In this document: in pieces, positions 46,562-58,300 of the stretch
Layout of the letters: each line of letters starts with the position of its first letter
How positions within the stretch are numbered: position 1 is the stretch's first letter
DNA from: a virus
IMG/VR virus record: IMGVR_UViG_3300025872_000001
DNA: 64,000 nucleotides
Direction: 5' to 3' (one strand)
Position numbers and translations under genes: made by a program
The notes under the pieces: generated by a model
What the model saw: only the letters and a program-made list of their open reading frames with translations
Databases searched by the model: none
Told to the model about the DNA's origin: nothing

Positions 46562-46906
46562 ATGAAAGTTAAAATTCAACCTTGGATATACAACGATAAA
46601 ACAGCAGTTAATATTGAAGTGCCAACTATTTTCATAATGGGCGGTAAAAAAGCCGTTATTAATTGCGCTTTAACAGACGAAAATAGCATTCCTGTTTATG
46701 CTTCTAGAATCGATATGCCAAAAGAAGATTATGATCAATGGGGAAGCGATGATTTGTATATTGTAAATTATTGCGCAAATGTATTTAATCCTCCAGCGAT
46801 TATTGATGGACCTTTGTCTGGATATTCGGAATTATATACTACTATAATTAATCAAAAGCCACCTCCTAGTGGCTCTGCTCCGACACCTAGCGGATCTGCT
46901 CCATGA
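46562..46906 (+). CDS. fibre-associated hypothetical protein
   Basis: YDQWGSDDxYI motif; Pro/Ser/Gly tail like that of 45161. Confidence 0.55.
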   Translation: MKVKIQPWIYNDKTAVNIEVPTIFIMGGKKAVINCALTDENSIPVYASRIDMPKEDYDQWGSDDLYIVNYCANVFNPPAIIDGPLSGYSELYTTIINQKPPPSGSAPTPSGSAP

Positions 46907-47136
46907 ACCCATTAGAGGTCGTCAAAGAAGCCTCTAAAACAGCTTTTAATGTAGCTGAACATGCTGTAAGAACAGCTTCTTTTTTTGCAACAGATAAAAA
47001 GAAAAACGAAAGAATAAACATTTGCCAAACTTGCTCAGAGTATATATTAGAAAAAGATAAATGCTCTAAATGCGGATGCGTTATGCAAAGAAAAGCTTCC
47101 TTAGAAGCTGCAAGGTGTCCAATAGATAAATGGTAA
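46903..47136 (+). CDS. DUF6171-like Cys-rich small protein
   Basis: R..IC..C...CxxCGC...K.....CPxxKW. Confidence 0.7.
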   Translation: MNPLEVVKEASKTAFNVAEHAVRTASFFATDKKKNERINICQTCSEYILEKDKCSKCGCVMQRKASLEAARCPIDKW

Positions 47137-47137
47137 T

Positions 47138-47166
47138 AAAAAACCCCCGATTTCTCGGGGGTTTTT
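47138..47166. terminator. bidirectional intrinsic terminator between convergent operons
   Basis: AAAAAACCCCCGA-tttc-TCGGGGGTTTTT. Confidence 0.9.
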
Positions 47167-47188
47167 AGTTTATTTTATTTGTGTATTG

Positions 47189-48310
47189 TTATACAGTTGT
47201 AGCTACGAATACGCCATTAGTAGTATCCTGTGGCGCACCGATCTGAGTCGTGAAGACCAGATCAACACTCTTGTTGTCACCGATTGAGCTTGAGAAGTTT
47301 TCACTTACAAGCTTGCAGCCTTTGACCTGATAGCAGATCTTATCGCTTCCAGAAGGATCTTTGAACTTGAAGAGCAGGGTCTTTGTAGTGTCAGCATTTA
47401 CAAGATCAATCAAATTACCAGCTTGTCTAAGGTCAGCGAGAGTAGCGGAAACGTTTACAGTTACTTCGATTGGGAAGTCGATAACCTTTGCGAAACCGAA
47501 GCGAGTGCCGAGGCGTTGCAGAGTTGTACGGCCAATTGGAACCTCAATTGAGAAGGACTGAATGTGAGCCGCAGTATTGCCAGTATCAATGCCTGTGGGC
47601 ATGTCTGTCAGTACTGGATCAGCAAGTTCCATTACAATGTCACCGGGGCGGAGAGCAGAAATTCCGATATCACCGCTAGAAGGTGTTGGAAGAGTAAATC
47701 CATTACTTGTCGCAGTGCTGGTTTCTACAGTTAATGAGGGAAGAACTCCTGTGCTGCCTTCAACAACATTAATATTCAGACCTTCTACTGAAACTGAAAC
47801 TGTTGGAAGGTTACCTACAGAAGCTTCAAGTGAATAGTTTGTAACGAATCCGTTGCCGATTGTGATTGTGCTAGCTTGATCGCCTGTAAAGGCTACACCA
47901 GCAGCATTATTGGCGTCGTTACCTTCTGGGGCAGTAAAGATATGGAAGTTACGGCCAGAAAGGGTCGAAGTGTCAGCCGTTTGAGTAGCGTCAATCAGAC
48001 CCGAAATGAAAGAGCGTGTGGTTCCGAGACCAGTGCCTACGCTGAAACCAAGTGCTGTTTCATTATTACCTGAGTGCAGGTAATATGTGAAGTCCAGATT
48101 AACTGTGGGAGGTTCAAGAATGATAGCGTCAATACGGGCAAGATTGCCGAATTGATTAACGTCTTGGCGAGCTACGGAGAAACCGTAATTAGCCGATTGT
48201 ACACGGTGAAGCTGCTTAATTTTATTTGCGGCGTGAACTGCTGTTGGAATAAGCGTGCCGTCGCTAACAAAGAGAGCCTCCGATTGGTAAATTACTCTAT
48301 TGCGTGACAT
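47189..48310 (-). CDS. major tail tube protein (internally duplicated)
   Basis: Repeats RVQSANYGFSVARQDVNQFG and HIQSFSIEVPIGRTTLQRLG; highly-expressed-type codon bias like the MCP. Confidence 0.65.
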   Translation of the reverse strand: MSRNRVIYQSEALFVSDGTLIPTAVHAANKIKQLHRVQSANYGFSVARQDVNQFGNLARIDAIILEPPTVNLDFTYYLHSGNNETALGFSVGTGLGTTRSFISGLIDATQTADTSTLSGRNFHIFTAPEGNDANNAAGVAFTGDQASTITIGNGFVTNYSLEASVGNLPTVSVSVEGLNINVVEGSTGVLPSLTVETSTATSNGFTLPTPSSGDIGISALRPGDIVMELADPVLTDMPTGIDTGNTAAHIQSFSIEVPIGRTTLQRLGTRFGFAKVIDFPIEVTVNVSATLADLRQAGNLIDLVNADTTKTLLFKFKDPSGSDKICYQVKGCKLVSENFSSSIGDNKSVDLVFTTQIGAPQDTTNGVFVATTV

Positions 48311-48362
48311 AGTTTAAGAAGGTTTGAAGTACTTTACATTTTTTTACCTATAAATGGAATAT

Positions 48363-49217
48363 TTAAGCCCTTGGGTATCTATATTTAATAATCTCAAAAT
48401 CAGCAAATCCAACGAATGATTTAGGGTTCTGAGTTCTTGATCTAGAGTCTTTAAGTTTTGATACTACAACATGATCAATAAACATTTGTTCTTGAGGCGT
48501 TGGATTGTCATAATAATCATCATAAATATATGGAGAAGTTTTAACATCTCCAAATTCATTTATAGGATAAGTTGAAAAATCTTTTAATTTAAAAGCTTTT
48601 TGCATAGTATCGGCAAAAATTGATAAGACTCCATCTAAGCTATATGGAGAGTCTGCAAAAATTACTGATTTAAAATGAGAGCGGCTTTCGTCTTCTCCTC
48701 CTAATGCAAATGGCGTATTATGAAAGCCTTCTGTAATTAGATAGATAGCGGGAATGGCTTGGTCGTAAGGTTGAACATATTTACCCGTCCAAGGAAACTT
48801 TTCATTTGCCGCCAAATTATTATTTTCGATGATTAAGTCTTCTTCGTTTTCGTTAGTTAAATAGATATTATAATCTTTAACTGCAAAACTGCCAGTTACT
48901 GTTGCTCCTGTTGGAATTCCATTGCCAGTAGCTAAAACTCTACCATTTAAGTAATCAATGACTAAACCATCGCCTCTTCCTTTAAAAGATCCATTTACAT
49001 AAACTCCACTAGGCACTGTTGCGCCAGTTATACTTGAATCAAATACCCATTGTTTATATAAACTACCAAATGCTTTGTACGAGCTTGGTAATCTAGTATC
49101 AGAATAGTAACTTAAAACGCCAGTTTGATTTTGATATGCTTCACCTTTTTTAAGCAAGTGGTGATCAAGCCACATTGCAAATGAGGTTGTTACATTATGT
49201 TGATATTGATGTTTCAT
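48363..49217 (-). CDS. putative tail terminator/completion protein
   Basis: Directly upstream of the tube gene; IPAIYL motif; inference from synteny. Confidence 0.4.
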   Translation of the reverse strand: MKHQYQHNVTTSFAMWLDHHLLKKGEAYQNQTGVLSYYSDTRLPSSYKAFGSLYKQWVFDSSITGATVPSGVYVNGSFKGRGDGLVIDYLNGRVLATGNGIPTGATVTGSFAVKDYNIYLTNENEEDLIIENNNLAANEKFPWTGKYVQPYDQAIPAIYLITEGFHNTPFALGGEDESRSHFKSVIFADSPYSLDGVLSIFADTMQKAFKLKDFSTYPINEFGDVKTSPYIYDDYYDNPTPQEQMFIDHVVVSKLKDSRSRTQNPKSFVGFADFEIIKYRYPRA

Positions 49218-49800
49218 TTAATTGTGATATTTTTTTCTCATATTTGCCGAGTATATCACTTATATATTTTACATTTTTAAATCTAGGTTTTCCAATTCTA
49301 GTTGATGTTTGTATAGCTGTTCCAGATCTAGAATTTTTTAATTTTTCTCTTTGTGTATATAAATAATATCCTACGCCAGAAATGCCTGTTTCTATACCTT
49401 TGGCCCAACTTCTACCAATAGCCCAAGGCATAGGAGAAGCTGCCCAAATATCTTCTTTATCGGGAAGATAAATATTCCAAACTGCACCTCCTTCTACTAA
49501 TCTAGAAAAAACTATTGTGCTTTTTTTAAATTCTTCTAAAACTGGTTCAATTGGATCATCGCCATCATAAAATCCAATATAGGAAAATAGATTGCCATAT
49601 CCATTTAATGTACCACTGATATTTTGTGCGTTTGCACCTTTTTTTATTTCTTCAGTAACTGGATGATTCAAAAACTCCTTAATCATTTCTGCCTTAATTT
49701 TTTCAAATTGCGATAAAAGAGATTTTTCAACAGATTTTCTAATTATATCAGCAGCATCTCTATTTATTTTACTAGAAGTATCTCTTGGAATGTTTAACAT
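49195..49800 (-). CDS. putative neck/tail completion protein
   Basis: Synteny only. Confidence 0.35.
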   Translation of the reverse strand: MLNIPRDTSSKINRDAADIIRKSVEKSLLSQFEKIKAEMIKEFLNHPVTEEIKKGANAQNISGTLNGYGNLFSYIGFYDGDDPIEPVLEEFKKSTIVFSRLVEGGAVWNIYLPDKEDIWAASPMPWAIGRSWAKGIETGISGVGYYLYTQREKLKNSRSGTAIQTSTRIGKPRFKNVKYISDILGKYEKKISQLNETSIST

Positions 49801-49802
49801 AA

Positions 49803-50258
49803 TTATTCATCAATTGGAGATAAAATAAAAGAATAATATCTTGGTCCAAAAATACCAAATGGTTGGTAATCTGAAACGATTGAATATCTTCTTCCATCAA
49901 ATTCTATTCTTCTTGCTTCTTTAAGATATGGGAATGCATCGCCACCAACTTTGATTTTTACAGATCCAACTGGATACACGATTCTTTGTTGAGCTTCTGC
50001 ACCAGGAAATATACTTTGTTCTTGAGATAAGTAATGTATTTTTGCTTTAAATTTATAAGATTTTACAGTATAAGAAGGTTTATTGGCTGCATTTGCAACA
50101 TCAGAACTATATAAATAATTAAATGTTGGAGATGTTGTCATTACCGTCATCTCTGGATTCATGTAAATAGTTATTTCACGGGCAAAGGTTTCGAAAACAT
50201 TATCAAAAATTGTATTAATGTATTCTTTTTGAGAAGCCGAAATATAGGAAGTCGCCAT
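49803..50258 (-). CDS. putative head-closure protein
   Basis: RIEFDGRRYSIVS beta pattern; synteny. Confidence 0.45.
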   Translation of the reverse strand: MATSYISASQKEYINTIFDNVFETFAREITIYMNPEMTVMTTSPTFNYLYSSDVANAANKPSYTVKSYKFKAKIHYLSQEQSIFPGAEAQQRIVYPVGSVKIKVGGDAFPYLKEARRIEFDGRRYSIVSDYQPFGIFGPRYYSFILSPIDE

Positions 50259-50310
50259 ATTTTACTTTACACTTTCTATACTTAAACTATTATATAGTAA
50301 GGTAAAAGGT

Positions 50311-50607
50311 ATGACAGGCAAGGAATATTTTAACGATAGGGTAAAAGTGAACACCTCTGACTTGTTCAAGAGGATGCTTATTATTTTAGAAGATATTAAG
50401 CATGAGCATGATAGGCAATTTGCTCTATTGTACTCTTCTGCCCCTGATTCATTCAAGCCAGTTGTCAAACAGGCCAATTACCTAGATGAAGAGAAAATGA
50501 CGCTTTATAGAAAGCGCGTTTTAGACATGGGAAATGAAGCTATCCGAAAGATTATTTCTGAGATGGATAGCACTAGAGTAGAATTTCACCACACCTTTAA
50601 ACAATGA
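50311..50607 (+). CDS. hypothetical protein
   Basis: ORF track; TTTACA-N16-TATTAT upstream. Confidence 0.65.
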   Translation: MTGKEYFNDRVKVNTSDLFKRMLIILEDIKHEHDRQFALLYSSAPDSFKPVVKQANYLDEEKMTLYRKRVLDMGNEAIRKIISEMDSTRVEFHHTFKQ

Positions 50608-51347
50608 AAGAGCTATTTAGTTACATCGTAAAAATCAACAAAGAAGTTGAAAAGACCGAAACAAAAGAAGAGAACGGTCAAAAAATTACTGTTACACAAA
50701 AAATTAAGGAAGAGGTCCCGGTCAAAATTATCATCAAACAGCCTTCCCGTAGAAATCTTGAGGATGCAGAACTGCAATTTAGCATTGAAATGTCAAACTG
50801 TATTAAGAAGGGCATTTTGACAAAAGGAATGCTAACTAAAAAATACTCTGATACGGGAGGAATGTTATCGGAGGAAGATGCTAAGGAGCTTGTTTTTCTC
50901 TATAATAAGATTACTGAATATCAAAATGATCTTTTGAGATTAACGTCAAAGGCTGATTACGACAAAGAGGCAGAAGCGGCGGTTATCAATAAAATTACAA
51001 CTACAAGACTTAGAATGGTTCAAGTTGAATCTAGCTATCGAACACTATTTGAAAATACGGCAGACAATATCGCTCAAAATAATGTGATTCGTTGGTTCTG
51101 TTTACATATGGCGCATACACAAATTATGCCCGATGGAAATATTGAGCCATTTTTTAAAGGTTCTACTACAGAGCAAAAACTTGAAGCTCTGCATGAAATG
51201 GATGAGGATGCAGATGAACTTTATACAAAAGCTTATCGCAAACTCGCAACATTTATGTCTTTTTGGTTCTTCAGTAAGAATGCAAAACGTGAAGATTTTG
51301 AAAAATTAGACAATGACATCGAAACGGGAAAGTTTGACGAACAGTAA
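50604..51347 (+). CDS. putative tail assembly chaperone
   Basis: Position two genes before the tape measure gene. Confidence 0.45.
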   Translation: MKELFSYIVKINKEVEKTETKEENGQKITVTQKIKEEVPVKIIIKQPSRRNLEDAELQFSIEMSNCIKKGILTKGMLTKKYSDTGGMLSEEDAKELVFLYNKITEYQNDLLRLTSKADYDKEAEAAVINKITTTRLRMVQVESSYRTLFENTADNIAQNNVIRWFCLHMAHTQIMPDGNIEPFFKGSTTEQKLEALHEMDEDADELYTKAYRKLATFMSFWFFSKNAKREDFEKLDNDIETGKFDEQ

Positions 51348-52314
51348 ACTGTTTCTTATTTTCGACGAAATTGTTAGAGGTTTTTCTAAAAGAAAATTTA
51401 AAGATAGTTATATTTTTATAAAACATTTGGGGATAGCTGAAAAAGCTTTCTTCGATTTTCGTTTTCAAGAGTTTCACGATTATGCTTTAACTTCTGGTAT
51501 TCCATCAGAAGATGATGCATTAAAGAATGTAATACAAGAAGGATTTTGGTCAGAAAAAGAAGAAGAAGAAATTGATACATCAAAAAAATATATAGACAGA
51601 TTAATTTTAACAAAAAAGAATCTTATTAGAAAATTAGAAATAGACGCCATTTCCAAACAGATTGATGAAGAGCGCCAAAAGCTTGCTAAAAAAATATCGC
51701 AACGAAAAGAGGTTTTAGGTAAAACCGCAGAAGAGTATGCCAGCAATAGATCTAATGATTACGTTCTATACGAATCTTTATTTAAAGACGAAGGGTTGAA
51801 ACAAAAGCTTTTTAGCGAAAAGGATTTTGAAGAAATGACTTACGAAGATCTTGTTGAATATATTTTATTTTTTAATGAATACATGGATGAATTCAAAGAG
51901 CTTAATTTACAAAAAATTGCGTTATTAGATTTCTTTCATCCCTATTACATGGTATTAGATCAGCCAATGCAACTTTGGGGCAAGCCTATGGTTCAACTTA
52001 CTGACTTTCAAGTTAGAACAACTATATACGGTAAGATATTTAAAAATATATTTGAGACTAATGAATATATACCTGACAGCATAAGACAAGATCCAGAAAA
52101 GCTTTTCGAGTATACCGACAAGTCAAAAGCCAAAAAGAACTACGAATCTAAAGAAAAAAATAAAGAAAAAGCTAGTGCAGAAGCTATTTTTGGCGCAACT
52201 AAAGAAGAAATAGAAGAAATAAAAGGATCTGGCGCAAAATCTCTTTCTCAAGTCATGAAAGGCAAGAAGGTTATGAATATGGAAGAGCTTATGAAATTGC
52301 ACGGTGAAGCTTAA
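51313..52314 (+). CDS. putative second tail assembly chaperone (start uncertain)
   Basis: Directly before the tape measure gene; WGKPMVQLTDFQ...IPDSIRQDPE. Confidence 0.45.
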   Translation: MTSKRESLTNSKLFLIFDEIVRGFSKRKFKDSYIFIKHLGIAEKAFFDFRFQEFHDYALTSGIPSEDDALKNVIQEGFWSEKEEEEIDTSKKYIDRLILTKKNLIRKLEIDAISKQIDEERQKLAKKISQRKEVLGKTAEEYASNRSNDYVLYESLFKDEGLKQKLFSEKDFEEMTYEDLVEYILFFNEYMDEFKELNLQKIALLDFFHPYYMVLDQPMQLWGKPMVQLTDFQVRTTIYGKIFKNIFETNEYIPDSIRQDPEKLFEYTDKSKAKKNYESKEKNKEKASAEAIFGATKEEIEEIKGSGAKSLSQVMKGKKVMNMEELMKLHGEA

Positions 52315-52348
52315 CTTTTTGGGTGTAAATATCTCAAAAGGTTAAAGG

Positions 52349-55300
52349 ATGGCTAAAGGTATATCACTTCCAGTAGTTCAATCTGGTTTAGAAGCTTCTA
52401 TTCAACAAGGAGTTAAAAGTGTTGGCACGATTAAAATTCCAGCCAATATTGACCCGTCTGCATTTAAAAATTTAGCCCAGCCCCTTGGGCGCGTAAGTGG
52501 ATTAGCAACTGAGTTTGAGAAGTCGATTGCAGCATCAAATGCCCGTGTTTTGGCATTCGGAGCTTCAGTTGGCATTATCAATGGAGTGCAAAATGCATTT
52601 TCTGATTTGTTAAAAACAGGTATAGAAGTTCAAAAAACACTGGCAGATATATCGGCAATAAGTGGAAGGAGCGGACAAGAATTATCAAAATTTGGAGATG
52701 AGCTTTTTAATATTGGAAAGCTTACTGGTCAAAGTTTTAAAACAGCCGCTCAAGCTGCGCTTGAGTTTTCTCGTCAAGGTTTAAGTGTCGAAGATACGCT
52801 TAAAAGAACAACTGATGCCCTTACTTTAACAAGATTCACTTCCTTAAATGCGGCTGAAGCTGTTGATGTACTAACTGCTGCGGCAAATTCATTTGGCGAA
52901 ACTGGAATCACAACCGCACAGATTATTAACAAGCTTGTTGCGGTTGATACTAAATTTGCTGTTTCTGCTGAAGACTTGGCAAACGGCCTTGCGCGTGCAG
53001 GATCAATTGCGCAGGAGGTTGGAGTTAATTTTGATGAATTAAATGCTGCAATTACAGTAGCACAAGAAAGAACTGCCCGTGGTGGCGCAGTCATTGGTAA
53101 TGCGCTTAAAACAATTTTTACAAGAATAAGAAGCGATGAAACAGTTCAAGCGCTAAGAGATATTGGAATCGAGTCTCTCAATGCTCAAGGACAATTAAAA
53201 GGCGCGGTTCCACTTTTACAAGAACTTGCCCAAAAACTTCAAGGATTAGCTGGTGGAGAAAGAATTCAAATTTTAGAAGCTGTTGCTAGTAAATACAACA
53301 TTAACATTCTTTCTGCTCTTCTTGATGATTTGAATAATGCTAATAGTAAATTTACACAGGCCGTTGCAATTTCTGCTGGAGCCAGCAACCAAGCTTACGA
53401 AAGACAGATAGAATTAAATAAAACTTTAGCCGCAGAAATCAATCGCGCTTCTGTTTCTGTAACTCAACTTTTCAATAAACTTTCAGAAATTGGAGTTACT
53501 GATAATTTAGCTACTTTATTAAAGTTTGTTAGCGACCTTATTAATGGGTTTAACAAGCTTGTAGATTCAGAAGGTCTTGGGGGGAACATAGCTAAAGGTT
53601 TGGTTAAGGGTATTTCTGATGTATTTTTTACTATTGGATTGCCAATTATTGGAGCTATATTTATCAAACTGACTAGAGATATTGCTAAGTTTGGCGTTGA
53701 TTCTTTAAAAACAATTTTAGGAATAAATCAGCAACTTAAAGAACGTCAGGCTCTTGAACAGGCTGTAGTTAATACTCTTATAAGAGATCAGCAAATAATG
53801 GCGACCATTCTTTCTTTGAGTGGTGATCGCAGAAAGCAAGAGGAGTATTTACTCAACGTATATAATCGTCAATTAACTGCCTTGCAGCAAGTTCAAAATA
53901 TTGCAAAGTCAGTGGCCCCAGCATTATTAGCTGGTGGTTTAAGTGCTACAAGCGGAAGAATTCAAAAGCGTGGAGCAAGTGGTTATTTACCTGCTCAAGA
54001 AGCTGCTGATGTTCGTCGCGGCGTTGGAGGAGCAAGTTCTTCTTCTAAAGTAGTTTCAATTCCTAATTTTGCATTTGGTGGTGGCAAAAAAGGAACAATG
54101 ATTGCAAATACAAGCGAATATATTGTTCCTAATTTTGCAAATGGTGGATCTGCTATTTTTAACCAAGACATGGTTAGAAAATATGGTTTGCCTAGTGGCG
54201 CGAAAAAGATTTCTGCCTCTGGTGGATTTATACCTAACTTTGCTCGTTATGTTTATGACGCTGACAGAATATCAGCTGACGGCAATGCTATACTTAAATC
54301 AATTTTATCATCTAAAGTTAAAAAGAATTTAATCGTTGGTCCGTCAGGTGCTGGCAAATCAACTTATGGCTCTGGGTTAGGAAGCTTCATCACTAGTGCC
54401 GCAGACGTAAGCAAGGCTTCAGAAATTGATATTTTATCAGGCGCAGCTAGAACAAAAACCGGCGGAATGTCAAAAAATCTTCAACAGATTTTAGATGCCG
54501 TTAATGTATCTGGAGGAAAAGTATCTTATCTTTATACTCCGAATATGAACGTTCTTTCCAGAAGAACAGAAAGAATTGGCGCAAATCCAATGGAGGGAGA
54601 CTTAAGAACATCTAAGCAAATTTCTGGAACGATGTTCGCGCCATTAAATCAATTTGATTTTATTTCAAAGATAAAAGGTACATCAAGAAACTTTGAAATG
54701 ATGCGCGGTGCTAGTGGGTATATTCCTAATTTTGCCACAAACTATAATTTGGGTTATGTTTGGAAAGGACAAGGCGCTCCAAATATAGGAGGAAAAATAG
54801 TTGATACATCTAATAAAACTGAATCTGGAGAGACCTTGCTTGTAGGAAATCAATTAAGAATGTTTAAAAAGGATGGAAGGGATCTAACCCCAGAAGAAAT
54901 AATAAAACTTGGGTGGCGACAAGCAAAAGATGAAGAATTAAAATATTTTAATACACAAAAAGCAAGTAGAAAAAAAGCTAGTTCTATTGGTAGAGCTGCA
55001 ATGCTTATTCCATCTGGAGTAGATGAACCATCTGCATTTGCTGAACCTCAAATTCCAGAAAATAAAGAATATTCTTCAGTGTCTTTCCCGGTATACAATT
55101 TAAAAGAAAGCAAATTAAAATCATTAAAAGGTCAGACAGCAAGTATTCCTGGTTATATAGATGAGCTTCAAAAAAATACAGAAAATATTGGTAAAATTCT
55201 TACTGCAAAATTAATAGGTTCAACAAATATTGATGATAATGTTTATAAACAAGCTTGGAAAGCTAGTTATGGCGCACAAAGCGCAGTAAATTCATTATCG

Positions 55301-58300
55301 GGGGGTTTATTTGAAGCTGGAGTTAGGTATTTGACACATCCAGAAGGCACAATGGCTAAAGATAATTCTAATAGTCTAGATTTCCCGAACTTATCTAGCC
55401 CATCTGGAAAAATAGTTAGAGATCTTTTTTCTATTAATAAAGAATATGCTGCTGATTTAAAAGGATCTGACTCTGGGTCTATTCGCAGAAAATTTGCAAG
55501 TCAAGTTTTAAAAAATGGCCTTGCAGCCGCAAGAGGTTATGTTCCAAACTTTGTTGACGATATGGCTTTGGGCGATGCTATAGACAGAGAATTATCTGCT
55601 GGCTTAAGGCCAAGTCAAATCCGTGTTACTCAGGATACAAAATTAAGAAATGCTCAAAATCCAAATGGTCTTGCAGTTATCAACACAAGAGACGAACCCA
55701 ATGGAAAGATTCCTTCTGATGCAAAAATACCAAATTTTGCAAAAACTAGAAAAAAAACTAAAAAGGTTCTAGATAAAGGTGAAAATGAATTTGAAGTTTC
55801 TTCTGGCAAATTAGGAGCAGCGTTTGCCGCATTGATTTTAGCATCTAATACTTTACAATCATCTTTTAGAAATGCTGATGGAACAATTAGTAAATTTGGG
55901 GAAGTTTTGACCACTGTTTCTAGAGTAGGAACTGGAGCTTCTGGTGGAGCATTATTAGGCAGCTTAGGAAAAGATACATTTGGACCACTATTAGGAAAAT
56001 TAGGAAGAGTTGGAGCGGGTTTTGCCAAAGGATTACCTTTTGCTGGCGCTGTTGCTGGAGGAATTCTTGAATATGTTCAAATGAGAAATGAAGAAAAAGC
56101 CGCAGCAGAACAAACCAGACAATCAGAAATTCAAAAATCAGTACAGAATAAAATAAATGTAATTCAATCTAAAAGTTTGAATACTACTGAAGCTGCACAA
56201 GAAATTAATAAAGAAAGAGAAGAGACAGATAAAAAAAGAGCGGATACGGAACAAAAAATTTTATTAGCTCAAAAAAGATTGAGACAATTTAGTCAAAAAA
56301 TAAATCCTATAACTGGCAAGTTGTCCGAAGAGGATCAGCAAGAAGAGGAAAGGATTTCAGAATCTCTTAATGGATTGCTAGAATATAGAAATCGTTTAAT
56401 AGATGAATCAAAATTTTTAGTAGAGGGATACATATCCACAATGAACGAAGGATTGCTAATTTCTAATAGAGAATCATTAAACGCTAGAACTCAAAATGCA
56501 GAATTAGAAAAAAGAATACCTTTAGAAAAGGCAGCCGCTGATATAATTTTTAAGTCATTGCAGGCAGAAAGCGCTGCTAGTATAAAATTCAAAAAGATTT
56601 CAGCAGAAAAAATTTTTAATGCATCATTGTTAAGCGAAGAAGAACAAAAACAAGTAGAATATGGAATAAAAAAAGAAGATATTGAAAATCAAATTAAAAA
56701 TTTACAATCAGAAGGTTTTAGATCTATCGTTTCTCAAGTTAAAAATAATAATAAGTTGGCTTCTTTAGATGAGGATAAATTAAAATCCTTAATGGAAAGA
56801 CTTGATGCGGGAAAGCAGATCGAAGATACTGATAAGGCTCTTAAAGAATTAGGTTTTGATACTTTGGCCGCGTTTAAATCAATGGTAGCCCCTATAATGG
56901 AGCAAAATAGAGAGAAAAAATTAGGGCTTGAGACTTCCGCTTCAGAATTAGAAATATCAGAACGTTTAGAATCTAAATTAAGATTACAGGTCTCGATTAT
57001 AAAATTAAGAACTGAGGCCCTTCAATCTTCTCTGCAAATAGAAGAAGAAATTGCTGACTTGATTGAAAGAAATGCTCAAAATTTAGAAGATACAAAAAGT
57101 AGAACAGCTTTAACCGATATTGAAAGAAAGATAGCAAGACAACCATTTGCGACAAGAGAAGATGAATACAATTTAGGTTTAGTAAATGCTCAACTCGAAA
57201 GAACAAATCAACAACTTCAAGTTCAAAGAACTTTAACTCAAACTTCAAAGGGAGCGTTTAGAGACTTAAGAAAATCTTTTGAGGGAGAAGTTGGTAAAAT
57301 AGGAGCTTTAGGAGAAGGCTTCACTAATCCAATATTACAAAATGTTTTAAATACAAAAGACGCAGAAGATGCCACAGAAAATTATAAAAATTTTTCAAAT
57401 ATTTTAGATGAATTAAAGAAAAAAAGAAATGCTTTGTCAGAACAAAGAGATCAGTTAGAAATAGATCAAAATTTTGGATTAGGTGATCCTAAAAAATTAA
57501 GTATTTTTGATAATCAAATTTTAGATATAGATTCTAGAATAAAAAATCTACAAGAAAATCTAGCTAAATTTAATATCTCTCTTCAAGATGCTAATCTTTT
57601 AGCCGAAGAACAAAAGAAACAATTTAGAGACATTTATACTTATCAATTACAGTTATTAAAATTAAGAAAAGAAAGTCCATTTAAAGCTGGTATTTTAGAA
57701 GCCACAAACGAAATAAAGCAAGAGGTTGAATTCTTCAATCAAAAATTAGGTAAAGATATTACTCTTGGATTTAGAGATGGAATAGTTGGAGCTTTAGATG
57801 CTGCCATATCAGGAACAGAAAATTTAAACACCGCTTTACAAGATGTTGCTAGAAACTTTTTAAGATCAATGCAAAGCGCGTTTATTCAAAATGCAGCTAA
57901 TAATGCAATGGTTGGTTTAAGCAGCGCTTTCCCATCTATCTTTCCTAAGATAGCAACTGGTGCAAAAGGTGGTCTTGTAAGTGGCGGTAGTGGATATCGC
58001 GATGATGTACCAGCCCTTCTTATGGATGGCGAATTCGTCATGAGGAAATCCGCTGTTGAAAAATATGGCATAGAAAATTTAAGAAAAATGAATGCTGGAG
58101 GAATCTTTCTTCCTGGTGTTCGTGGCGGCGGTAATATAACTGGTTATGACCAATTAAGAGCTTTCGCTAATCAAACAACTACTAGCGGTGCAACCGATGT
58201 ATTAAGAGGCAGTGGTTCAAGCGCATTTATTAATCTCGAAGATCAAAGCGCAAGACTTTCTAGATTTGGTTTATTAAATGAAGATACTATTAACCAAGAA

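Noticed and set aside
51326-51332. Lambda-type slippery heptamer G GGA AAG at the end of the first tail chaperone
   Set aside because: It is in the right phase, but the -1 frame stops at once (GGG AAA GTT TGA). The downstream ORF is in the -2/+1 frame, so a canonical G/GT frameshift is unsupported.
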